Positions 51,101 through 60,683 of a stretch of 64,000 nt of DNA are shown in pieces. Position numbers and translations under genes: made by a program. Source of the DNA: a virus (lineage: Duplodnaviria > Caudoviricetes); the IMG/VR virus record IMGVR_UViG_3300032007_000023, positions 64,001-128,000 of that record, one strand, 5' to 3'. A model generated the notes under the pieces. The model was given only the letters and a program-made list of their open reading frames with translations. It had not been told where the DNA came from and did no database searches. Position 1 is the first letter of the stretch. Each line of letters opens with the position of its first letter.

Positions 51101-52796
51101 CTATGAGGAATCTTACCGGGTTTATAGTCTCTTTATAACGAGAACCAAAACTGTTTGCATTCCAACGATGCTGTTTATCCATCTTAACAATCTCTTCCAT
51201 GTTAGCCATCAAAGAGCATACACCCTGCTGGAAAGCATCTCTCTTTGAACGCATTGATTCCTGGACGAAATTGAATTGTTGAGAATTTATGTCATTGAAT
51301 GATTCACCAATGTATTCCTCAACAAGGAAAGGTGAAAGACCAGCATTGTACATCTTATCACCGATTGTATCGATTTCACACTCAACGATATGAGAGAACT
51401 GCTCACATGTCATCATATCTGATATAGACATATCACCAAGTTTGTTTAACTCATTAGCAACGTACTCGGATACAGTCTTTGTATCATCAACCTTATCTTC
51501 AGGAGATGGATCTGGAGCATCCTGATCATTGGTATATGTTTTAGCAGTGCGAGAGTTCTTATTGATCTTACCTCTGATTTCTTTAACGAACTGATCTTCG
51601 GTTCTCTCCTTCTTAACCGCATCAGGAGCATAGTTATAAACGATATCAAGATAGATTCTTGAGTCGAATATATTGAAAAGAGTCAGTAATGTATTATTAG
51701 AAATAGAAGCATCAGGATCATTAACAAGATTAAGCTTCAAGAAGTCTTCGATGAACTTGATCGTTCCTTCCTTATCAGACTTGAAAGTCGTAAAGATATC
51801 ATAGTTCTCGAAACGCTTTGCTCCATTATTCTGCTTTATAATAGAAGCATATGACTTCGTATAGTTTTCAGTATTGAACTTTCCGTTGAACTTCTTGGGA
51901 TTGTCAAATACCTTAACAAGAATAAATGGAACGATTGTATCACTGAGGTCTCTCATATTCTTCCAGAAATCACTCTTGAAGAATGTAGCAAGATCATCCG
52001 TTGAGTCACACTTACGAAGTCCAGCAACAAGATCATTTATAGTTTTCTCAAATTGATTTGATACTAACCACTTCTTTGTCTTTGTTGAATACTTCATGTG
52101 CTTCGGCTTTGTATCAGTGAAATAATTGATCTCAGCGGCTTCCTGTACTGAATCATCTACATAGATCTCATATCCCTGAAGAGGAGTTCTATTGATAATA
52201 CGCTCAGTCTGTTCACCAATATCAAGTGAATCAGGAAGCTCGATATGATCGTTCTTGAATATTCCTTCAACATAGAATCCTTCATCAAATATCTTTTCTT
52301 CAAGATCCAATTCAGGAATCTCATCAAGAGGAATAAACTTACCAAACTCATCAAGTACGTCAGCATACTGATCAGGTTTGGTAAAGATTTCGAAGGTATA
52401 AATACCATTCATGAACTTGATAAAATCCTGGAAGTTATCTGCGATAACCTGAAGGAGTTTGAAACCAACATATGCATCAATAGCATTGATCATCATTTCA
52501 TTATTTGAACTGATGATTGTTTCATATACTCCATCAACAGGATCTATCTTCTGAATGTTTTCATTGATCATCTCAATGATACCATTCATCTTTCCTTCGT
52601 CTTCAAGCCATGTTGGATCAACTGACTCAAGACGAGAAAGAATTCTTTCTACTGTTGCATCAAGTTCAAACTCTCCATCAAGAACGGGAAAGTTCTTTAC
52701 CTTGAAACCAGAAGAACAAAATTCATTCAGACTGTTTATGGCAGTCTGAATGTTTGTAAAGTATGCTTGTTTGATTATGATATTATTTTCACCCAT
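48150..52796 (-). CDS. large putative head protein with repeated helical domains, a zincin (HEEGH) domain and an N/S/T-rich tract
   Basis: HEEGH at 49992-50006 plus EELMADKYG; multiple xQE motifs; C-terminal hydrophobic segment. Confidence 0.6.
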   Translation of the reverse strand: MGENNIIIKQAYFTNIQTAINSLNEFCSSGFKVKNFPVLDGEFELDATVERILSRLESVDPTWLEDEGKMNGIIEMINENIQKIDPVDGVYETIISSNNEMMINAIDAYVGFKLLQVIADNFQDFIKFMNGIYTFEIFTKPDQYADVLDEFGKFIPLDEIPELDLEEKIFDEGFYVEGIFKNDHIELPDSLDIGEQTERIINRTPLQGYEIYVDDSVQEAAEINYFTDTKPKHMKYSTKTKKWLVSNQFEKTINDLVAGLRKCDSTDDLATFFKSDFWKNMRDLSDTIVPFILVKVFDNPKKFNGKFNTENYTKSYASIIKQNNGAKRFENYDIFTTFKSDKEGTIKFIEDFLKLNLVNDPDASISNNTLLTLFNIFDSRIYLDIVYNYAPDAVKKERTEDQFVKEIRGKINKNSRTAKTYTNDQDAPDPSPEDKVDDTKTVSEYVANELNKLGDMSISDMMTCEQFSHIVECEIDTIGDKMYNAGLSPFLVEEYIGESFNDINSQQFNFVQESMRSKRDAFQQGVCSLMANMEEIVKMDKQHRWNANSFGSRYKETINPVRFLIGIAPGSPTLSSENHSNIKQVYHSTKKALKGKRGSFTSEQMQTLRTLNDLAGDLWANVKLFWINPRNWLKEINIMKNDKTQKRTRKIADIARQIVALKPKLSFIIDNDDFVNECWYDGDPEYVFQEATSEKNRERLRTAINILMTEMQKISDLAKKNQWTNNSCINTFKGEAKSNVKQALKYVTRGETGSCGKLQDQEINTLKNLREKIEELLATVKKININPFVGKNIKEADSVRKISSLAKDILAMKGDLEFVNSAVVKDADGPAIANVKDESGEKPVTEAYVFQESKQTHMKRTLKKFDYDPKTDTILTDITMPNGKEKMRAKLIINNDIDGPCMCFEDGKPVIYVRRKDLKQKSWYAAFTLRHEEGHIAHGHHSDTRDTYSVDVAHVHHKDSKEEFNKAQEFLDKKWKTASDADKDNDHDWAPEELMADKYGAKKTSSKSAIKSLERMYKEGEQELKKNAQVYHDIINRSKKKDKSDPERAKLRKEYKDLESKFYSLWKNNPSDEEKKFLNNITKKLEEIDRLLVDRETVEEAEEAIEVVEENIAAWRAAKNRRIEYIAKHVNEYGVVLDINAFAVIMEQETGEIPEYMKTRFKMTDTVGATVTPAGIPEGVPQNPVPEITDSIDAKLSAGGDNLGDMIGAGFENNPNKDKAEGKVVVNITNNYTNSFNRDSNNTTTNTTTNDDHSTGKTTNTTNTNSNNKSNSDNDNSHDNQTDSSSNKSIKKSNVKKSKTDNSDRSHSTQTKGSNNNNNSNDSDDTKDSPTKKDGEQKLSSGKTVQEMFMFLESKEPQSAGLTAKPPKEDLLTKAMDRDRKTLPKQQKAKHGVQKFANTGKAVLKPVTRIKQWLTKVVDSLIKRDEDNVKSELLENKSYRSAVFKASRLAVKLGLVSVAFSIQPYLGLTVAGVEGLRLADRNRIKKELQNELEAELKVVDEKIKDLEGINTPEARKEKYEYMRLKKKLEQNLIDAPARSTPSKYWDSY

Positions 52797-52797
52797 A

Positions 52798-53643
52798 TTA
52801 GAAACCACCTTCCATGATTATAGAAAGTGCCTCTTTACGAATGTCACCTCTGAGCGGTATATGTATACGTGAAGTATCAGCCTGTTCAACAACTATTGAA
52901 CCATTCTGAATACCCATAATTTCATCTGTAGAGAACTGGAATGATTCACACACAACCTTCATTGTTTCATCCTGTTCACAGCAATAGTTTGCAAGTTCCT
53001 TAAGGAATACAACTGTTGACTCCTGATGAACCGAAGGAGTGATGTCTGCTTCTGCACCAGCATGAGATGGGAAATCAACCATGTCAAAAGTAATAACCTT
53101 TGACACTCTCATGTTAGGCTGGTTTATAGGAGCATTAGGAATCATGTTACCCAACAGACGTACTGAGAAACAAGGCACTGCACCATTATCAATGATTTCT
53201 GATGCAACAGCCTTACCGCAGTCTGTGCCGCCATGTGTGGAGATGTGTGCTCTGTAGCGATCTCCTTCGAGTCTTGGTCTTGCTATAAAGTGGGAAGTAA
53301 GTTTAGGATCAGGAATAGTCATTCTTATATCAGAATACTGCTGTCCTTTGATATCCGGATTTGGATGGTTCCATTCACCACGCCATTGATGACGACGGAG
53401 CAAATCGTTGATACGTTCATCGGATGCAATTACATTATCAATGTTATTTGCATCATAACGACGTCTCATACGATTGTACACATTGAATGTCATCAAAGTT
53501 GATTCAAACTCACAAATCGGAATACCCGTAACTTCAGACCTTCTCACTGTATATCCATTAACAGGAAGCTCCGAGGAGATTGGCGCCTCCTGAACAAAAC
53601 ACGCAGTCTCATACTTGTTTGTCTGAGTGCTCTTTAAAGGCAT
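52798..53643 (-). CDS. prohead (head maturation) serine protease, T4 gp21-like
   Basis: RGEWNHP (His), FSVR (Ser) and ITFDMVDFPSH motifs. Confidence 0.85.
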   Translation of the reverse strand: MPLKSTQTNKYETACFVQEAPISSELPVNGYTVRRSEVTGIPICEFESTLMTFNVYNRMRRRYDANNIDNVIASDERINDLLRRHQWRGEWNHPNPDIKGQQYSDIRMTIPDPKLTSHFIARPRLEGDRYRAHISTHGGTDCGKAVASEIIDNGAVPCFSVRLLGNMIPNAPINQPNMRVSKVITFDMVDFPSHAGAEADITPSVHQESTVVFLKELANYCCEQDETMKVVCESFQFSTDEIMGIQNGSIVVEQADTSRIHIPLRGDIRKEALSIIMEGGF

Positions 53644-53679
53644 ACAAATCTTCCTTTCATAAGTTATTTGTTAATATTA

Positions 53680-53703
53680 GGCGGCCCCATAGTGGGCCGC
53701 CCC
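53680..53703. terminator. GC-rich hairpin
   Basis: ggcggccc-catagt-gggccgcc. Confidence 0.6.
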
Positions 53704-53716
53704 ATAAGTTGCGATA

Positions 53717-55216
53717 TTATTTCCAGTAGTAACCAGAATGAGACTCAGTAACAACTTCTTCGTCATCACTGATTTCTTCTTCGGTTGATTCCCAGATATA
53801 TGTTCCGTCAGATTGTTTCTTGAATGAGCCGCCTAAGCCTGCACCAGGAATGATAGATCCTGTTTTTCTATTGACATTTTTTGTTGGCTGACCATCCTGG
53901 ATCTTAAGATCAGTTCCATTCTTATTTTTCAAGAATTCCTGAACCTGATCCAATGTATATTTTTTGCCATCGCCTTTTTGAGGTTCTGAAGATTCGGCTG
54001 TTGCTCCGGTTTCACCTTCACCAGAAGCCTCACCATTCTCTACAGCATCAGCAGCAGGAACAGTGTCTTCAGTGCCTTCGGCAGAACCTTCTGATGCGTC
54101 AGCACCTTCGCCCTCACCCTCAGTAGGAGTTTCGCCTTCAGGAGTTTCAGCAGCAGTCTGATTTTCACCACCAGCAGATTGCTCTACATCATCAGCAATC
54201 TTCTTTCTGAGGTGTAAGAAATCACAGATTTTTGCAAAGATCTTTGAAAGAAGTGCTGTTATCTTACCGATAACACCGATCTTCTTTGCATTCTCTCCGT
54301 CTTTCTTTATTTCCTCAGGAGTCATCTTCTCGATTTCTTCATCGGTATATTCAGGAATATTTTCCATCTTAGCCTTTTCAAGCACGGCTTTTGTTTCTGT
54401 TACTGCAGTAGCAACCTGAGCAGCATCATAAGTCTGTTCATCATTAGTAAAGAGACCCTTGAGCCTATCAATAACGGTTGTTAATGCGCCATTGATTTCA
54501 TCCGGATTCTTCTTAGCCTGGAGATAATTGAATAACATTACTATTCCATCGAGTATTTGTGGGGTTCCGATAACAGCAAGAGTTGTAGCAATACCACCCT
54601 TTTTGAAAGCAAATGTTACATTAGCTGCACCCACTGCGGTAATGCCTAAACCAGTAAGAAGACTCTTAATGCTTCCAGCATCCTCTATTATATCAGGAGC
54701 AATTTTTGCCAGAATAACAGCTGTTCCGATATCGGCAGCTATAAGACCAAGTGTTGATGCATTGGCCTTGATCCAGTTTTCATCTTTACCTGATATCTGT
54801 TCGATAACATTATTAGCTTTTTCAGAAACAGTCTCAGCAGCAGGAACAACCTTACCACTCCAGCATTTCTTAATGAAATTACCTATTGATTTAAAGACAT
54901 TCTTGATGAAGTTCCATATCTTAGAGAAGATATTCTGCTTCTTTTGTCCAAGACCTGCATCAACCTGTCCAGAAGGATTGCCCTGCTGAACAGCGGTACC
55001 TTCACCCTCTTTGTTTCCAGTAGCTTCTTCAGCTTCCTGATAGATAGAGAACATGTCAAGATCATTGCCATTGTAATTCTCAAGAATTACAGAGGCTTTA
55101 TCGACCTGATCAAGCAGAGACATGAGCACACCAAACTCTGATTCCTGAACTATTTCGTTCATTGAATCAATAGAGGCAAGAACCTCAGTACGTGTATTCA
55201 CATTCATTAGATTCAC
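53717..55216 (-). CDS. putative head cargo protein with the conserved N-terminal leader and hydrophobic helices
   Basis: Leader similar to those of 23982 and 58297, ending in IYQE; amphipathic NIFSKIWNFIKNVFK; acidic C-terminus. Confidence 0.55.
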   Translation of the reverse strand: MNLMNVNTRTEVLASIDSMNEIVQESEFGVLMSLLDQVDKASVILENYNGNDLDMFSIYQEAEEATGNKEGEGTAVQQGNPSGQVDAGLGQKKQNIFSKIWNFIKNVFKSIGNFIKKCWSGKVVPAAETVSEKANNVIEQISGKDENWIKANASTLGLIAADIGTAVILAKIAPDIIEDAGSIKSLLTGLGITAVGAANVTFAFKKGGIATTLAVIGTPQILDGIVMLFNYLQAKKNPDEINGALTTVIDRLKGLFTNDEQTYDAAQVATAVTETKAVLEKAKMENIPEYTDEEIEKMTPEEIKKDGENAKKIGVIGKITALLSKIFAKICDFLHLRKKIADDVEQSAGGENQTAAETPEGETPTEGEGEGADASEGSAEGTEDTVPAADAVENGEASGEGETGATAESSEPQKGDGKKYTLDQVQEFLKNKNGTDLKIQDGQPTKNVNRKTGSIIPGAGLGGSFKKQSDGTYIWESTEEEISDDEEVVTESHSGYYWK

Positions 55217-55255
55217 TTTCCTTTCATAAATAGAATATTAACATTTCGTATCTTA

Positions 55256-56452
55256 TTAAGACTTAACGTCATTGATACGATACATGATATACGTAGCAAT
55301 CAGACATATGTATGCTTTAACAATACTCTGATCGACTTTATACTTTTTAGACAGAGTTGAGATAATCGGTTTACCGGCAATTGCTCGGTCTATGGCAGTA
55401 GGAAGGTTGGTTATTCTGGATATATACTTTGTCGTATTAATATCCTCGATAGTGTTACCCTCTTTGACAATAAACACATAGAATATTGTGTCTATTATAT
55501 TACCAATATCATCAGAATGAATTTGTTGTGCGAAATCGTACAACGAATCAACTCTGACATTTTTCAAACGAGCAATGCCGATATACAGATTACCCTTGTC
55601 TTTGTACAACTGGTCTCCACCATTGATTCTTCTCACCAAACCTTGGCGTATCTTAATAGTGTTATTTGTTTCAAGATACTCATCAGATGAATTAACGTCA
55701 TCACCAATCAAGTTACCCTTATCCATGTTATCAAAATACTGATTCGCCAGCAAGCGTAGGTTCTGTTGGAATGACGTTCTGACACGATTCAAGAACTGGA
55801 CAAGAATCGTAGCAGACATGTTGAGATCCATCTTCGTTCTCCAGAAACCATAAGCAGTTTCTATTGTACCACCTATCCAGTTTATAACATTTTCCGATTT
55901 AACCAGATTCCAAGAATTATCAAGGTTAAGATAAACATAAGCCATGGTAGATTCAATTGGATGAGGTGGATGGAAGAAATGATTGAAGACGTTGTTGTAC
56001 ACTGAGAGACCCATTTGCTGTTTTGCTGAGTCTCTCAGTTGTCTATGCTGAATCATATCAGCATATACTAAAACGATTGAGTGAATGACATTGGTTGGAT
56101 TCTGCACAATCGTCTGGAAAGAAGTCTTGTCATTAACAGATTTGAGAATCTGTTTGATTGTTTCTTTAAATGTCTTTTGTTCGAAACCGAACATACGAAA
56201 GACATTATCAACATAAGCACGAGGGAATGATACAGGTTTGGTAGGAAATTCTTTTGACAACATCTCGGAATTAGCCTCAAGAAATTCATTACCATACTTG
56301 ATATATTCCGTTCTGCTTTTGGGATGTTCAAGTACAGATATAATCGGTTCGATTATTTGTGTACGAAGAGGAGTATTTTCGGGATCATGTATTGATGCCT
56401 CTACGAATATCGTAGCTTCCTCCTCGGTGAAAGCTTCCTGGAGGAAAAACAT
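55256..56452 (-). CDS. hypothetical protein, probably virion-associated
   Basis: AGGAGG SD; FLQEA near the N-terminus. Confidence 0.6.
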   Translation of the reverse strand: MFFLQEAFTEEEATIFVEASIHDPENTPLRTQIIEPIISVLEHPKSRTEYIKYGNEFLEANSEMLSKEFPTKPVSFPRAYVDNVFRMFGFEQKTFKETIKQILKSVNDKTSFQTIVQNPTNVIHSIVLVYADMIQHRQLRDSAKQQMGLSVYNNVFNHFFHPPHPIESTMAYVYLNLDNSWNLVKSENVINWIGGTIETAYGFWRTKMDLNMSATILVQFLNRVRTSFQQNLRLLANQYFDNMDKGNLIGDDVNSSDEYLETNNTIKIRQGLVRRINGGDQLYKDKGNLYIGIARLKNVRVDSLYDFAQQIHSDDIGNIIDTIFYVFIVKEGNTIEDINTTKYISRITNLPTAIDRAIAGKPIISTLSKKYKVDQSIVKAYICLIATYIMYRINDVKS

Positions 56453-56466
56453 ATAAATCCCTCCTA

Positions 56467-57033
56467 TTAGTCGTTGTTACGATTCTTCTTGTTCTTCTTC
56501 TTATTACGAGGTCTGAACTCTTTTTCCTCAGTAACAACTTCTTCTGCCTCTTCAGCAGCCTCAGCTACTTCCTCAACTTCATCAGCAGGATCATCAAGAT
56601 CTTCAGCAACTTCTTCAGTTACTTCCTCAACAACAGGAGCAGCAACTTCTACTGTTTCTTCAACAGCAACATCTTCTGTCTGAGCGAGGTCAACAGATAC
56701 AAGAACTGGTTCCTCAACCTTAGGCTCTTCAACAACAGGAGCAGGCTTAACCTCTTCCTTCTTCTTTGCTTTGGGAGCCTTCTTAGGCTCTTCCTTCTTA
56801 ACCTCAACAACCGGTGTTGCTTCTTCAGCAGCCTTCTTTGTTTCAGCAAGAGATGCTTCAAAAGCAGCATCAAGATTGGTACGAGTGATAAGACCTGTAC
56901 CTACACCAAATACTCTGAAATTCTTAAAGTTAAGAAGTCTTGAGATCTGGTCTCTACTGAGATCGATGTTGTATACAGGCGCAACACGATCAACTCCGGG
57001 TATACGACCCTTACCGTCAATATTTACTTTCAT
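56467..57033 (-). CDS. E/A/V/K-rich low-complexity protein
   Basis: AAGGAG SD; biased codons. Confidence 0.6.
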   Translation of the reverse strand: MKVNIDGKGRIPGVDRVAPVYNIDLSRDQISRLLNFKNFRVFGVGTGLITRTNLDAAFEASLAETKKAAEEATPVVEVKKEEPKKAPKAKKKEEVKPAPVVEEPKVEEPVLVSVDLAQTEDVAVEETVEVAAPVVEEVTEEVAEDLDDPADEVEEVAEAAEEAEEVVTEEKEFRPRNKKKNKKNRNND

Positions 57034-57066
57034 GATATAATTCTCCTTTACATATTAATTTGGATT

Positions 57067-57813
57067 TTAAGTTTTGTCAATGATACGTTTAACCTTCTCT
57101 ACGCTGTAATATGATTCAGATATAAGATCTGTTTTGATACCCATAGCCATGAAATACATATCAGCAGCAAGTAAAGTTGGTTTATCGTAAACATTTGTCT
57201 TTATATCAGACAACTTGACAGAACCATTTTCGGCGATTGCAGAGAGCATATTATCGTACTCTTTGACATTATCACCACGAGCACCTGAGATTTCTGATAA
57301 GATAACTTCTCCACCAACACCCGCGATAACTTCGTTTTCAATTCCAGTTGTTGTACCACCTTTAGATTCACCTTTAGCAGCACCTGTCATATCATCACGG
57401 TTATCATCGCTCAAAGCCAGACCTGTTTTCTTTGAAGCGAGTTGTTGGGTACGTTTGATGTTAAGCCATCCAACCAATACAGGCTGTTTCGTTCTTATGG
57501 GTCGGTTCGGATTACTTGAGACATGTGGAAGATACACATATTCAAATAATTTTATCTTGAGATAATCAGCAGCTTTCTCTACATTTTCAAATCTAAGAGT
57601 ACGTTTTCCGTCACCATATTCCTCAATGTCAAGACGGAAGTTGCTTTTCTCATCAGCTAAAAATGCTTCAATCCATTTAGTGAATTGATCATCATTCATG
57701 GATTCAAACATCTTACGATATTTATTTGCATTAATACCCGTAGGATCCATAAGCAGAAGAGTCTTTTTAACAGTATCTTCTATTTTCTTTCGTTTTGCAC
57801 TTATATCAGCCAA
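57067..57813 (-). CDS. phage multisubunit RNA polymerase, beta-like C-terminal subunit (probably virion RNAP)
   Basis: VLVGWLNIKRTQQLASKK...DDMTGAAKGESKGG...E...GVG...ILSE...RGDN...YFMAMGI parallels the RpoB C-terminus; stand-alone size as in phiKZ/AR9 split RNAPs. Confidence 0.7.
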   Translation of the reverse strand: MADISAKRKKIEDTVKKTLLLMDPTGINANKYRKMFESMNDDQFTKWIEAFLADEKSNFRLDIEEYGDGKRTLRFENVEKAADYLKIKLFEYVYLPHVSSNPNRPIRTKQPVLVGWLNIKRTQQLASKKTGLALSDDNRDDMTGAAKGESKGGTTTGIENEVIAGVGGEVILSEISGARGDNVKEYDNMLSAIAENGSVKLSDIKTNVYDKPTLLAADMYFMAMGIKTDLISESYYSVEKVKRIIDKT

Positions 57814-57827
57814 TTATATCACCTACC

Positions 57828-58307
57828 TCAAATTGCAACTTTTCTTACATATAATCTATTGAGCTTATCATAAGATATACCAATGATTACGTGTCCTGAT
57901 TCAGCACCATATCCAAGACGTTCATTACCAGTAATTTCAACAATCACAGCATCATGACCTTCATCGGTTTTATCAAGTTTTACTTCGATATCAAAACCAA
58001 CCATACCGATCATATTACACTGGTCATTTATCTTATCCAATATTGCAGTAGGAATATGTGGATCATCTGCATATTCAAATAAGTATGATTCAATATCAAT
58101 ACCTAATTCGGGTATTGATGGAAATTGACCAGGTTTCATAAAGAGTAATGTGAGTATAGTATTGATACCAAGATCGAAGGATGAGATGACTTTTGGTTTA
58201 CCCATTGAATCAGTATCTAATAAGACATCATAATTCAATGTCTGAAATGAACGAGGATACTTTCCTTTTATTTCATCAAGATAGATTCCATTTGTATCAA
58301 GAGCCAT
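57828..58307 (-). CDS. gp25-like baseplate wedge / sheath initiation protein
   Basis: ILTLLFMKPGQFPSIPELGIDIESYLFE matches the GPW_gp25 pattern; GGAGGTG SD. Confidence 0.75.
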   Translation of the reverse strand: MALDTNGIYLDEIKGKYPRSFQTLNYDVLLDTDSMGKPKVISSFDLGINTILTLLFMKPGQFPSIPELGIDIESYLFEYADDPHIPTAILDKINDQCNMIGMVGFDIEVKLDKTDEGHDAVIVEITGNERLGYGAESGHVIIGISYDKLNRLYVRKVAI

Positions 58308-59925
58308 TCTCGTCACCTCCATCTATGAAACTCTCCGTAACAGATACACCTGTTTTATTTACAAAATCATTCAATGTCTTTTGTAAATCTGCCGCTGCTT
58401 CAGGATTAAGTTTCTTTGCTTGACGTTTACTATGAGGATTATCGATAGTATCAATGCCCTCATGAAGATTTACAATGTATTCAAGATACTCTCTTTCTTC
58501 AGGCGTAAGTGTTTGACCTGATTCGAGTAATTGTTTTGCAACCTTGTATGATGTAACTTCTCTATCGAAATTCAATGGATGATCGTCCTTAAGATGTTTA
58601 TCGATCTTCTGATCTAATTCTCTCAAACGTTTCATCTTCTCTGCATTCTGTTGATTCAGTTTTATTTGACGATTGTATGAAGATAAGTGTATAGGCAATT
58701 TATACATACTCGCAAACAAATCACAGAAATATTCTTCCTGGAGTCTTGTTGATAAACCGAATAAAGAAAGCACTTTCTTTTTCAACATTGACAGAGACAT
58801 TACAGCCAAGCCAACAACACCGGCTACCCCAACAACAGCAGAGCCAAATGCAAATCCCAATCCAGCAAGAAGTATGCAACATGTTGCAGATACAACTCGT
58901 AATCCTCTTTTGAATATGACATAGTCTTTTACCATTTCCATACTCTTGATATACCTCTCAATTTCTTCATCGGTATTTGTTTGGTCTGTATTATGTTTGA
59001 TATCTTTTTCAAACTTCTTAACAGCACCCGGATTATCTTGGATTTGTGTTAAGACATACATTCTCTTCATAACGCGTTCTTCATCTATTGATTCATCCTT
59101 GATTGAGAATTTATCTTTGAAACGAGCTATGAAAGAAGATATTGTCGCTTTAGCTCCTTCGAATGATTTAGTATTATGGCATGCTCCTACAGTCTTCTGT
59201 ATATCATTATGAAGATTCTTGTTTCTGACACCAATCATATGAACTATGTTATGATATATCTCATGTAACAACACAGCTGTCAATGATTGACCAAAGAGTT
59301 TTCTGTTTGCAGGAACCAATCCCAATATCTGTTTCATATTGATATTGATCGTTATTGGTAATCCTCCAAGCTGGAAACCCTTTGCTTTAGATATTGTAAG
59401 CTTACCAACATCCTTTGGGAAATTAGAAAGCATTGTACCTGTTGCAGTACTGGTGCTTATATAGATCTTAAATTTACAATCGAATTGCTTTTGTAATTCC
59501 TGGAAACCTTTTTCCATGTTTCCACCTGGATCACGGAATTTCTTTTCGATTGCATTTATAAGCACGGGAGAATATTCAATCTCAGGAGCAAGTGTACTCT
59601 TGATGTTTAATTCACCACGTTCTTGTCTCTGTTTTACTTCATCGAAGTTTGTTTCTTCAAATGGGATTTCAGCATATGCTTCATTAAAAAATTTAATTGC
59701 TTGAATAATATGCTTATTTTCAAATTTGAATACATCCAACTCAGGAGAAGAACCAGGTTCTGCATATCCTTCCTGGAAGCATTGATATTTAGAAATGAGA
59801 TCAAGCTCTTGAGAAAACTCCATGATGTGTTGTTGTTTGATATACAACATATCAAGCTGATCAATGACTGCTTCGCTACTGATATCAACACATTCGTTTA
59901 TAACAGATAAATCCAATAGTAACAC
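58297..59925 (-). CDS. putative head cargo protein with a zincin (HEIYH) domain and a hydrophobic hairpin
   Basis: HEIYH at 59251-59265, EEYFCD, DHPLNFDR; paralog of 23982..26297. Confidence 0.7.
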   Translation of the reverse strand: MLLLDLSVINECVDISSEAVIDQLDMLYIKQQHIMEFSQELDLISKYQCFQEGYAEPGSSPELDVFKFENKHIIQAIKFFNEAYAEIPFEETNFDEVKQRQERGELNIKSTLAPEIEYSPVLINAIEKKFRDPGGNMEKGFQELQKQFDCKFKIYISTSTATGTMLSNFPKDVGKLTISKAKGFQLGGLPITININMKQILGLVPANRKLFGQSLTAVLLHEIYHNIVHMIGVRNKNLHNDIQKTVGACHNTKSFEGAKATISSFIARFKDKFSIKDESIDEERVMKRMYVLTQIQDNPGAVKKFEKDIKHNTDQTNTDEEIERYIKSMEMVKDYVIFKRGLRVVSATCCILLAGLGFAFGSAVVGVAGVVGLAVMSLSMLKKKVLSLFGLSTRLQEEYFCDLFASMYKLPIHLSSYNRQIKLNQQNAEKMKRLRELDQKIDKHLKDDHPLNFDREVTSYKVAKQLLESGQTLTPEEREYLEYIVNLHEGIDTIDNPHSKRQAKKLNPEAAADLQKTLNDFVNKTGVSVTESFIDGGDENGS

Positions 59926-59930
59926 CTCCT

Positions 59931-60683
59931 TTATTCAGGTCTATTTGTATCGGATTTAACATACACATTATCGAATTCTTCATAGTTTTTATCCACGATC
60001 TTAATATAATGAATACCTGTTTTCTGAGTTTCATATTTAAGACGTGCATCCTTTAAATGTTCGATTTCTCTTGAATGCTCCATACGAGGATGTGTATTAT
60101 CTGATTCCTTGATTTCTACTTCCAATGACAATGATGGAATATAGAAGTCGGGTATATAGAGATGGGTAGATCCATCTTTCCATTTATACCAATAATTATT
60201 TGGTGATGGACATATAACGTCATTCGGAGACCAGTCCAATGATTTAAGATGATTCAAGAAATCCTCTTCATAGGAACCAATGATTCTGAACTTATGATCC
60301 TGATCCCATACAAAGTCTCTTGCTTGTGCATGATTGAAAATCATCTTACGTTGCATATCAGCATCATTCAATAAATGAGGTACTCCATATTTATTAACCA
60401 TTCTGGTATTATGGAAATCATTTGCATATGCTGTCTTACAAGCATCAGAACAATATCTTTCGTATTTGAGCGTTTCTTTATTGAAGTGAACTGGATTCTT
60501 TTTACATTGAACACATAAACGTCCTGTGGGTTTTCCGGTCAATAATGAATAAGCCCATTCTAATGGTTCACAATCATCAGGTACCTGATCATTATGCATT
60601 CTCTGAATATGTTTACAGAATCTATGTTTGTCATTAAAAGACTTTGGACAAAAAGGACAACGAGTATTCCTCAATATTAACAC
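59931..60683 (-). CDS. C2H2 zinc finger plus TnsA-like PD-(D/E)XK nuclease
   Basis: CPFC...HIQRMH; CVQC...YCSDAC; YIPDFYIPSLSLEVEIK. Confidence 0.7.
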   Translation of the reverse strand: MLILRNTRCPFCPKSFNDKHRFCKHIQRMHNDQVPDDCEPLEWAYSLLTGKPTGRLCVQCKKNPVHFNKETLKYERYCSDACKTAYANDFHNTRMVNKYGVPHLLNDADMQRKMIFNHAQARDFVWDQDHKFRIIGSYEEDFLNHLKSLDWSPNDVICPSPNNYWYKWKDGSTHLYIPDFYIPSLSLEVEIKESDNTHPRMEHSREIEHLKDARLKYETQKTGIHYIKIVDKNYEEFDNVYVKSDTNRPE

